Virus record (IMG/VR): IMGVR_UViG_3300025108_000038
Direction: 5' to 3' (one strand)
Origin: an uncultured virus (IMG/VR IMGVR_UViG_3300025108_000038)
Taxonomy: Duplodnaviria > Heunggongvirae > Uroviricota > Caudoviricetes > Crassvirales
Length of the DNA: 64,000 nt
Shown: one piece after another, positions 1-9,000 of the stretch
Layout of the letters: every line of letters begins with the position of its first letter
How positions within the stretch are numbered: position 1 is the first letter of the stretch
Notes under the pieces: generated by a model
What the model was told of the DNA's origin: nothing
The model's input: only the letters and a program-made list of their open reading frames with translations
Database searches by the model: none
Program-made: the position numbers and the translations under genes

Positions 1-127
1 AAGTAAGATCTGATTTTAATAAAAGAGTCACAAAAAAAGCTATGTTAGGCAAGACTAAAAAAATACAATGGGAAGCCAGACGAAGGTTTTCTAATATTTA
101 AAACCGCCTAAAATATAATTAAAATAA
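1..127. repeat. Exact 127-bp direct repeat, copy 1 (copy 2 at 59989-60115)
   Basis: Base-by-base identity; first mismatch is 128 (a) vs 60116 (g). Confidence 0.95.
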
Positions 128-131
128 ATAC

Positions 132-139
132 TAACTTTG
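132..139 (+). promoter_or_regulatory. Bacteroidota sigma70 -7 element TAACTTTG
   Basis: Matches TAnnTTTG 16 nt before the scaffold ATG; conserved at 60120-60127. Confidence 0.75.
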
Positions 140-155
140 TTAAAAATAAAATCAA

Positions 156-1304
156 ATGGAATTTAAAGTAAAAGAAGTAACAAAAGAAGAAAAATCTCGT
201 GTTGAAGTAGAAAACGAATTACTAAAAAAACACGAAGAAAAGTTTGAAGACTCAGGTGAGAAAAAAGTTGATGTAGATAAAGTTAATGTATCAGAAAACG
301 AATCAGAACCCAACGAAGAGTTAAAAGAAGCGGTTAAAGACTTTGAAAAAAACAAAGTGTCAGATATAAATGACAGTGACGTTCTTTCATATATTAAAAA
401 TAGATACGACAAAGATATAAAGTCTGTTGATGATTTGTTTGCGGAAAAAGAGGCAAACTTAGATTTACCAGAAGATGTATCAGCGTATTTTAAGTACAAG
501 CAGGAAACTGGTCGTGGAATTGAAGACTTTTATAATTTACAAAAAGACTTTGACTCTATGGATGATAATGCTGTGCTGGCTAACTACTATTCATCTGTCG
601 AAGAAGGTTTAGATGAAATAGATATTCAAGATTTAATCGAAGACAAATTCAGTTATGACGAAGAGCTGGATGAAGAAAGAGAAATCAAGAAGTTGAAGTT
701 AGCAAAAAAACGTGAACTTGCTAAGGCAAAGAAGTTTTTAAATGAACAAAAAGATAAATATAATATTCCTCTTGAGTCAAGTGGGGGTGGGTTATCTGAA
801 GATCAAGAGAAAAATCTTAATGCTTATAAGAGTTACATCGAAGAATCTAAAAGTTTAGAGGAAGCAAACAGTAAAAAGGCTGAGTTTTTTGTTCAAAAAA
901 CAAATGATGTTTTTAACAATGATTTCAAAGGTTTTGATTTCAATGTATCGGACAGTAAAATAACCTTTAAGCCAGGGACTGCGGAAGAATTAAAAAACAA
1001 ACAATCTAATGTTGGTAATTTTATTAGTCAATATGTAGATAAAGAAGGATTAATTACTGACGCTGTAGGTTACCATAAGGCTTTATCGGTAGCTATGAAT
1101 CCTGATAAATTTGCTCAATACTTTTATGACCAGGGCGTTGCTAACGCTGTAGATAATGTTTCAAGAAAATCTAAAAACATTAATATGGATATTAGACAGC
1201 AATCTCAAACAGTCTCAAAAGACGGAATGAAAATACGCCCAGTTAGTAATAGTAGAAACGAACATGGAAGAGGACTCAAAATTAGAAGTATTAAAAAAAG
1301 TTAA
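156..1304 (+). CDS. Putative capsid scaffolding protein (allele A)
   Basis: Acidic, coiled-coil 382 aa; lies between portal and major capsid gene in circular order. Confidence 0.65.
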   Translation: MEFKVKEVTKEEKSRVEVENELLKKHEEKFEDSGEKKVDVDKVNVSENESEPNEELKEAVKDFEKNKVSDINDSDVLSYIKNRYDKDIKSVDDLFAEKEANLDLPEDVSAYFKYKQETGRGIEDFYNLQKDFDSMDDNAVLANYYSSVEEGLDEIDIQDLIEDKFSYDEELDEEREIKKLKLAKKRELAKAKKFLNEQKDKYNIPLESSGGGLSEDQEKNLNAYKSYIEESKSLEEANSKKAEFFVQKTNDVFNNDFKGFDFNVSDSKITFKPGTAEELKNKQSNVGNFISQYVDKEGLITDAVGYHKALSVAMNPDKFAQYFYDQGVANAVDNVSRKSKNINMDIRQQSQTVSKDGMKIRPVSNSRNEHGRGLKIRSIKKS

Positions 1305-1322
1305 ACAATTAAAAATTAAAAA

Positions 1323-2816
1323 ATGGCAGTAAATTTGACACCAGGATTTGACTTGCAGCCAAGTGCGCAGCAAACTCCACTATCAACAAACTACATAAAC
1401 AACTTTGATTTCTTGAACCAGTATCTACCTGATACTTATGAAAAGGAATTTGAGCGTTATGGAAACAGATCAGTAGCATCATTCTTAAGAATGGTAGGCG
1501 CTGAAATGCCTTCTAACTCTGACCTTATTAAATGGGCTGAGCAAGGAAGACTACACACTAAATATCAAAATTGTACCTCAGCATCAGCAGCAGGAGCTGT
1601 AGATGGTGTATGGACTATTCCAGGAGTTGGAGCAGCACCAGGCGCAGGAGGAAACAACCCAGCTAACTTTAATCCACAGTTAAATGCTAACTCTGGAATT
1701 TTAGCTTCATTAAGAGTTGGACAAACAGTTATGATTTCGGACAACACACCAGGATCTACTTTACAAAACAAAGCGATTGTAAAAGTAGCTCCAACACCAG
1801 CAGCACCAGCGACTTTTACTGTAGCGTATTACGAAGCAGGAGGTCAGGCAATGGCAGCAGCAACATCATGTGATATCTTTATCTATGGTTCTGAATTTGC
1901 AAAAGGAACTAATGGAATGGTAGGATCTAATGAGGCTGATGACTTTATTTTTGACAACAAGCCAATTATTATCAAAGACAAATATACTGTTTCTGGTTCT
2001 GATATGGCTCAGATTGGATGGATTGAAGTAACAGGTGAAGACGGAGTAAGCGGATACTTATGGTATTTAAAGTCTGAACATGATACAAGATTACGTTTTG
2101 AAGATTACTTAGAGACAGCAATGGTGGAAGCAGTTCCAGCAGACGCAGCTTCAGGTGCAGCAGATTTCTTACAAGGTGTAGGAGTAGGTGCAGGTGCAGC
2201 TAATCTTTCAGGATCTGACGGAATTTTCTATAGTGTATCAACAAGAGGTAATGTTTTCGGAGGTGGAAACCCAGTTGCATTAGCTCAGTTTGATCAAGTA
2301 ATTCAACGTCTTGATAAGCAAGGTTCTATTGAAGAAAATGTAATCTTTGTAAACAGACAATTCTCATTTGACATTGACGATATGTTAGCAGCACAAAACT
2401 CTTATGGAGCAGGTGGTACTTCTTATGGTTTATTTGACAATGATAAAGACATGGCTTTAAACTTAGGTTTTACAGGATTCCGTAGAGGATATGACTTCTA
2501 CAAGTCTGACTGGAAATACTTAAACGATCCTACAATGAGAGGTGGAGTAAACGCAGGAGCAATCAATGGACTATTAGTTCCAGCTGGTTCAACTACAGTT
2601 TATGATCAAATCTTAGGAAAGAACGCTAAACGTCCTTTCTTACACGTAAGATATAGAGCTTCTGAAACTGAAGATAGACGTTACAAAACTTGGATTACTG
2701 GTTCTGCTGGTGGTGCAAGAAATAGCGATCTTGATGCAATGGAAGTAAACTTCTTGAGTGAAAGAGCTGTATGTACTTTAGGTGCAAACAACTTCTTCTT
2801 ATTCCAAGATGCATAG
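1323..2816 (+). CDS. Major capsid protein (allele A)
   Basis: 497 aa, highly-expressed codon bias, followed by a strong terminator; resembles Bacteroidota phage MCPs (EFERYGNR, WAEQGRLH, YKSDWKYLND). Confidence 0.85.
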   Translation: MAVNLTPGFDLQPSAQQTPLSTNYINNFDFLNQYLPDTYEKEFERYGNRSVASFLRMVGAEMPSNSDLIKWAEQGRLHTKYQNCTSASAAGAVDGVWTIPGVGAAPGAGGNNPANFNPQLNANSGILASLRVGQTVMISDNTPGSTLQNKAIVKVAPTPAAPATFTVAYYEAGGQAMAAATSCDIFIYGSEFAKGTNGMVGSNEADDFIFDNKPIIIKDKYTVSGSDMAQIGWIEVTGEDGVSGYLWYLKSEHDTRLRFEDYLETAMVEAVPADAASGAADFLQGVGVGAGAANLSGSDGIFYSVSTRGNVFGGGNPVALAQFDQVIQRLDKQGSIEENVIFVNRQFSFDIDDMLAAQNSYGAGGTSYGLFDNDKDMALNLGFTGFRRGYDFYKSDWKYLNDPTMRGGVNAGAINGLLVPAGSTTVYDQILGKNAKRPFLHVRYRASETEDRRYKTWITGSAGGARNSDLDAMEVNFLSERAVCTLGANNFFLFQDA

Positions 2817-2832
2817 TAAATAGTAGTAGTAG

Positions 2833-2869
2833 TTACCCTCGTTACAATGACGAGGGTAATTATTTTTTT
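2833..2869 (+). terminator. Intrinsic terminator after MCP
   Basis: TTACCCTCGT-loop-ACGAGGGTAA followed by a T-rich tract. Confidence 0.85.
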
Positions 2870-2892
2870 AAATCAAATTAAATTATATTATA

Positions 2893-3657
2893 ATGGCAAA
2901 ACAAAAAGAAAAGTACGAAAACAAAGCCTATAGGCTTACAGGAAACCAGCATCCACTTTCATATATGTTGGCATCAAGACACTCACAAAGATCACCTTTA
3001 TTACATTTTGACGAAGAACAAGGCGTAAACAGGCCTTTGCGTTATGCTCGTAATCAAAAATCTCCTTTTGAAGATGAACAAGACGGAAACGCTATTTTAG
3101 AGCCAATCGTTTTTGAAGACGGAATGCTTATAGTGGAAAAACAAAATCAATCCTTACAAAAGTTCTTACACTATCACCCAAGTAATGGAATGGTGTTTGA
3201 AGAAATTAACAACTCAAAAGACGCAGCTGAAGAGTTAGAATATGTAGAAGCAGAGTTAGAGGCTCAAATAGAGGCTAAAAAAATAACATCTGATATTCAT
3301 AAATTAACATCAGTTTGTAGAGTTTTAATGGGGAACGGAGTAGATAATATGACTGTTCCAGAATTAAAAAGAGACATTCTTTTATATGCGAAAGCAAGGC
3401 CAGAAGATTTTATGGCTACAATAAATGATCCAATGTTAGAACTAATGGATACTATTCATCAGTTTGTAATGTCTGGATTTATTGCTTACAGAAACAACAA
3501 TAAAGATGTTTACTATAACTTACCTAATAATAAAAAGAAAATGCTTACAGTTCCTTATGGTGAAGATCCAAATTATATTATCGGTTCTTTTTTACAATCA
3601 GATGAGGGGCTTGAGGTTTATAAGCTTTTAAAAAATAAGTTAAAAAATAAAAAGTAA
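2893..3657 (+). CDS. Conserved phage protein downstream of MCP (allele A)
   Basis: 254 aa ORF; homologue at 62857-63612. Confidence 0.75.
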   Translation: MAKQKEKYENKAYRLTGNQHPLSYMLASRHSQRSPLLHFDEEQGVNRPLRYARNQKSPFEDEQDGNAILEPIVFEDGMLIVEKQNQSLQKFLHYHPSNGMVFEEINNSKDAAEELEYVEAELEAQIEAKKITSDIHKLTSVCRVLMGNGVDNMTVPELKRDILLYAKARPEDFMATINDPMLELMDTIHQFVMSGFIAYRNNNKDVYYNLPNNKKKMLTVPYGEDPNYIIGSFLQSDEGLEVYKLLKNKLKNKK

Positions 3658-3679
3658 TAACCACTAACTAACGAAAATT

Positions 3680-3707
3680 AGCTACCTAAAAAGGTGGCTT
3701 TTTTTTT
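3680..3707 (+). terminator. Intrinsic terminator
   Basis: AGCTACCT/AGGTGGCT hairpin plus T-run. Confidence 0.75.
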
Positions 3708-3709
3708 GC

Positions 3710-3717
3710 TATCTTTG
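3710..3717 (+). promoter_or_regulatory. -7 promoter element TATCTTTG
   Basis: TAnnTTTG directly after the terminator; conserved at 63665-63672. Confidence 0.75.
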
Positions 3718-3750
3718 TACTTTATTAACCCATTAAAAACTTTTTATAAA

Positions 3751-4029
3751 ATGGCAAAATTTCTTAAAATTACAAATGCTCCAATTACAGGTCAATTAAT
3801 TAGTATTGACGGAGTTAAAGCTCTTGCTACCGCATCAGCTACAGCAACAACTGTAACAATTGATTACGTTGACGGAACTACAACTACAGTAACAACAGCA
3901 GCTCAAGTTGGTCAAGATGTTTATGATGCTATCATGGACGGAATAGAACAAGCTTTAGCTACATCTTGGCAAAAACCTTACTATGAGGTTTTATTACCAA
4001 AAGCTGTTACAAGTATTGTTAATGCATAA
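3751..4029 (+). CDS. Small Thr/Ala-rich virion protein, possibly capsid decoration (allele A)
   Basis: Start moved to ATG 3751 (MAKFLK) because the longer ORF would span a terminator and promoter; forms its own transcription unit. Confidence 0.6.
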   Translation: MAKFLKITNAPITGQLISIDGVKALATASATATTVTIDYVDGTTTTVTTAAQVGQDVYDAIMDGIEQALATSWQKPYYEVLLPKAVTSIVNA

Positions 4030-4055
4030 TAAGCAAATTAACTAACCAATACCTT

Positions 4056-4090
4056 AAGAGGCTACAAAAAAAAGTAGCCTCTTTTTTTTT
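4056..4090 (+). terminator. Intrinsic terminator
   Basis: AAGAGGCTAC-A8-GTAGCCTCTT plus T-run. Confidence 0.85.
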
Positions 4091-4092
4091 GC

Positions 4093-4100
4093 TATCTTTG
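4093..4100 (+). promoter_or_regulatory. -7 promoter element TATCTTTG (tail operon)
   Basis: TAnnTTTG 15 nt before ATG 4116. Confidence 0.75.
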
Positions 4101-4115
4101 TGAAAAGAATTAATT

Positions 4116-5093
4116 ATGCCTATAAATGAAGTACGAAATACTGTATTAGCCTTAGCCAATAAAAATAATTACGGATACATATCTCCAGCAGATTTTAATC
4201 TGTATGCTCAACAGGCTCAAATGGATATGTTTGAGGATTATTTTTATCAATACAATAATCAATTGCTTAAAGAAAATCTTAGACAATCAGGATCTGGTTA
4301 TGCTGATATATCAAAAGGTTTGGTTGAAGTTATTGATACTTTTTATGTAAACACTCCTTTATTAAATTCAGCAACAACACAGCTGGGTGGTATACAAACT
4401 AATTTGTATACACTGCCTTCTGATTATTATTTAATTAATAAAATGATGGTATATACAAAAGAGTTATCTGCAGGTACTACAACCTCAACCAATGGCGGAA
4501 GTGTGGCTGTAAACGACACTACAGCAGATTTTATTGCAGCAGGAGTAGAGCCTGGAGATATAGTTTCTACTATTACAGGGGGAGTGGTTTATAATACAGT
4601 AATTTCTCAAGTTGTTAGCGCAACAAATCTTTTGGTTTTTCCAACAGCTGGTGCGCTGGTGTGGAATGCTATAGGGAAAACATATAACATATATTCTGCT
4701 AATAATATTATAGAAGCTGAAAGAGTTGCTCAAAGTAAAATTACAATGTTAAACAATTCTGTTTTGACAAGACCAAATATTGGCTACCCTGCATATACAC
4801 AAGATGCTTTAGTGGCCCAAGCTTATCCAAATACAATAAATAAAATAGGTCAGTTTACATCTCAATATGTAAGGTATCCTCTTCCTCCGAATTGGACTTA
4901 CGCTTCATTATTAGGAGGAGAGCCTTTGTTTGATCCAACAGCTGGAGATTACCAAGACTTTGAATTGCCATTATCTGATGAGCCTATGCTTGTTGCTAAA
5001 ATATGTCAATACGTAGGGCTTGAGATAAGAGAGGCTGATGTATTAGCTTTTGGTCAAAATTTAGAAATAACTGAAAACCAACAACAATCATAA
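4116..5093 (+). CDS. Putative tail ring/adaptor protein
   Basis: 325 aa; first gene of the tail operon, crAss-like synteny. Confidence 0.5.
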   Translation: MPINEVRNTVLALANKNNYGYISPADFNLYAQQAQMDMFEDYFYQYNNQLLKENLRQSGSGYADISKGLVEVIDTFYVNTPLLNSATTQLGGIQTNLYTLPSDYYLINKMMVYTKELSAGTTTSTNGGSVAVNDTTADFIAAGVEPGDIVSTITGGVVYNTVISQVVSATNLLVFPTAGALVWNAIGKTYNIYSANNIIEAERVAQSKITMLNNSVLTRPNIGYPAYTQDALVAQAYPNTINKIGQFTSQYVRYPLPPNWTYASLLGGEPLFDPTAGDYQDFELPLSDEPMLVAKICQYVGLEIREADVLAFGQNLEITENQQQS

Positions 5094-5095
5094 TT

Positions 5096-6019
5096 ATGGC
5101 ATATATAAACGATTACGCATATTATCAAAATTCAGGAAATAACCCTTCCGATGCTAACTGGGGTTCTTATCAGTTTGTTTCTTTGTCAGATATAGTTAAC
5201 AATTTCATGTTAATGTATCAAGGAAATCATGAGCTTATAAATAATATAGAAAGATACCAAGTTTTATTTCACGCAAAAAGAGGAATACAAGAATTAAATT
5301 ATGACGCAATGAAGGAAATAAAAATTCTTCAGTTAGACGTTACTAATCAATTACGATTTGTACTACCTCCTGACTATGTAAACTGGGTTAGAATTTCTCA
5401 AATGGTAAATGGTGTTTTACATCCTTTATCAGAAAACATTCAAACTAATTGGTCTTCAGCATATCTTCAAGACAATAATTCTAATATTTTATTTGATCAA
5501 GATGGAAATGCATTAAGTCCTCAAGAGTCTGAGGTTAACTTAAATCAGATGTCAACAACAGCTCCAAGTATTTACTTAAACTCAAGTAGTCCGTATAACG
5601 GATCTGAAGGTTGGAATATAAATGGGGTATGGTGTTTTAATTATTCAATTGGATCTCGTTTTGGTTTAAATACCGAAACAGCTAATTCTAATCCAACTTT
5701 TACTATTGACAAGCAATCAGGAGTTATAAATTTTAGTAATATGATAGCCTCTTCTTCAGTTGTTTTAGAGTATGTATCCGATGGTATGGAAAATGGCGTT
5801 GACACTGATGTTCACGTAAATAAACTATTTGAACAATATATATATGCATATATTAGATACTCTATATTAAACGGAAGAGTTGGAGTAACAGAGTATGTCG
5901 TTAATAGAGCGAGAAAAGATAAATCTTCTTTATTAAGAAATGCAAAAATAAGATTAAGCAATATACATCCTGGTAGACTATTAATGAATTTACGAGGCCA
6001 GAATAAATGGATAAAATAA
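5096..6019 (+). CDS. Putative tail ring/structural protein
   Basis: 307 aa; directly precedes the stabilization protein. Confidence 0.5.
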   Translation: MAYINDYAYYQNSGNNPSDANWGSYQFVSLSDIVNNFMLMYQGNHELINNIERYQVLFHAKRGIQELNYDAMKEIKILQLDVTNQLRFVLPPDYVNWVRISQMVNGVLHPLSENIQTNWSSAYLQDNNSNILFDQDGNALSPQESEVNLNQMSTTAPSIYLNSSSPYNGSEGWNINGVWCFNYSIGSRFGLNTETANSNPTFTIDKQSGVINFSNMIASSSVVLEYVSDGMENGVDTDVHVNKLFEQYIYAYIRYSILNGRVGVTEYVVNRARKDKSSLLRNAKIRLSNIHPGRLLMNLRGQNKWIK

Positions 6020-6020
6020 T

Positions 6021-9000
6021 ATGGGGAAGTCTGAAATAGTTACAACTAATTTTATTGCAGGTAGAATGAATAAGTCCATAGACGAGAGATTGCTTCCTCC
6101 TGGGGAGTATATTGACGCTATGAATGTTCGCTTAGGATCTACGGAAACAACTGAAATAGGCGCTGTTGAAAACTCAAGAGGTAATGAACAACTTACTTCA
6201 CTTAGTTTTGAAGGAGTTCCTTTGTCGTCAACTGCAGTATGTATAGGTGCTTATGAAGATGGTATGAGAGAGAATATTTATTGGTTTATACACGATGGAG
6301 ATTTTTCTACAAAAGTTGGTGGTGTAGACTTAATAGTTTCTTTTAATACTCAAAATCAAGTTGTTAGATATCATGTAGTTTCTACTTCGGTATTAAACTT
6401 TGATCCTGAATATTTAATAACCGCAGTTGATTTAGTAGATGGAGAGTTGTTGTTTTTTACAGACGACCTAAATCCACCTCGAATGATAAATGTAGGAAGA
6501 AATTATCCTTTTCCAGTTGGAAATACAGATCAAATTGTGGAAGAAGACATATCTGTAATAGTTAAACCGCCTGGGTTTGAAGATGTTGTTGGATCAAATG
6601 TTAGTTTACCTGCCCCATTAGTTCAGCTTGTAAATCTACCTGGTAATGAAAATTACTTAAAAGAACGATTTATTTGTTTTGCTTATAGATATAGATATGA
6701 GGATAATCAATATAGCGCTACTTCATTATTTACAAAACCAGCCTTTGCAGCAAGTACGTTTGCTTTTGATACAAGAAATTATTTAAATGGTGGGATGGTT
6801 AATAGGTATAACGGAGCAGTTATAACCTTTAATACTGGTAGTAAGCGTGTTTTGGAAATTGACTTGCTTTATAAAGAGACAACTTCAAACTCAATTTTTG
6901 TAATAGAAAGATTTAAAAAAGAAGACTATGGATGGGCGGACAATACGTCTAAGACTTATTCTTTTACAAATAGTAAAATATACACAACGATTGGTGGAGA
7001 TGAACTGTTAAGACAATACGACAATGTTCCAAGATTAGCAAAAGCTCAAACAATTATGAGTAATAGATTGTTTTACGGAAACTTTGTAGATGGATATGAC
7101 TTTAGAAGAAACAGCGCTAATGGTTCAAATATTGCTTTAAATTATTCAACTACCTACATTTCTAAAAATGTAGATTTTATAACTTTAGAAATGCCAGAAC
7201 CTGGAAACGGAAGTGCTTATACTATTTCTGGAACAACTGAAAATATAGAAAACAGTAAAATCACTGTAAACTTATCAGAAATTTCAGACAAACTAAAGGC
7301 AGGTGCTGTAATAGGTTTTTCTTTTAGGTTTGAACACGCTAAATTAACAGGAACAACTACTACTGATTGTTACATTTCTAATAATGAATTTAAAAACTCA
7401 ATTTTTCCACTAACAGTTAGTGTTACTTTAAGTGAGGATTATTCTTCTGTTTATGATTTTTTAAGTTCAGCTCAGTTTCAAGATGCAATAGGAACAGGTA
7501 TATTATCAGACGGAAGATTTCAAACTTTGCCATTAGCAGATACAGGAGGTTCTTTAACAGATTTGTTTAATAATACATTATCCTCTCCAGCAATAGACTG
7601 TACGTTTACTAAGTTTAATAGTAGTATAACAGACGCAACCGCACAACAAGGTTTTGCATTGACAGGTGTTTCTCCAGGATCTGATACATTTGAGTTGCAG
7701 GTACTTGCAATGAATTATCAATCTATAGATTCTACAGATCCAAACGCTCCAATAACAACAAATATGTTTGAGTTTTTTAGATTTATTTCTGGAAATATTA
7801 CATTTAGCTCAGACAATGATACTACAAGTTTGCATAGTAATAGGGATTACGAAACAGGAATTGTGTATATGGACGAGTATGCTCGTGCTTCTACAGTATT
7901 AGTTTCTGAATATAATACAGTTTATATTGAGCCAGCAAATTCAGTTAGTGTAAATAAAATTTTAGTTCAAATAAATAGCATCGCTCCTTATTGGGCTAAA
8001 AAATATAAATTTGTTGTAAAGCCAAGCTTAGGTAATTATGAAACTATATTTACAAACTTTTATTACGTAAGGCCAAGTGACAATATGATCTTTTTTAAAT
8101 TAGAAGGTGATAATGCTAATAAAGTTGAAAAAGGACAAACATTAATAGTAAAAGGAGATGTAGATGGGGCTTTGCCAAGGGTGGAAAAAGTTACTGTTTT
8201 AGATGTAACAGCAGAGTCTACAGATTTTTTACAAGAAGCTGGAGAGATTGGATTTGAAGATATAAGTCAATTACCAGGGTTATACATGAATGTTAAAAAC
8301 CAAAATTTTAATGTTACAATCCCTGATGATTCGGTTATAGATTATGGAGAACAAGTTGCCTCTACTTCTGCCGATGGTTGTTCGTCAAAAAGACAAGTGG
8401 GATATCCTTGTTTTACAACAGAGTATGATGCGCAAGGCGCTGTAGTTTCTACAACAAATTATACTGTTCCAGGTGGTTCTGTTATAAAGTTAAAATTTAA
8501 AGCTCAAAGATCTTCAACTGGTTTTCCAGGTGGAGCGCCAGAATATACTTGGGAATGGGAGCAGCAATTTGTTGCGAGTAGAGATTATCCAGATATGAAA
8601 AGATGGTATGATGGAGACAATGTAAATGTGCTTTTGGCTTCTCCAGGAAATGTAAATGGGTTTGGTGCTGACGATGTTGTCGCTACTTATGATGCTGGTT
8701 ATGTAGATGTTTCAGTGCCTGGCGCTCCAATTCCTCCATTTATTTCAGGAAACCCTTATGGTTATGCTGGTAATCTTCCATGTAATAGGTTTAAAATAAA
8801 GCTTGGTTTTGTTCAAGACATTCCAGGGGATGCCTCTTCTCCATTGTATTTTGGTATAAATAGTGGTGTTCCTGGAGCTAATAGAGCTTTTGCTTCTGAT
8901 AGAAAATCAAGTATATCTGCTGACATTGTTGTTTTTAGAGCCAATACTTTAATGATTTTTGAGTCAGAACCTTTAGATGCTAATCCAGATTTATATTATG

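Noticed and set aside
1..127. Biological direct terminal repeat
   Set aside because: It begins mid-ORF, its length equals a common assembler k-mer, and homology continues beyond it in diverged form
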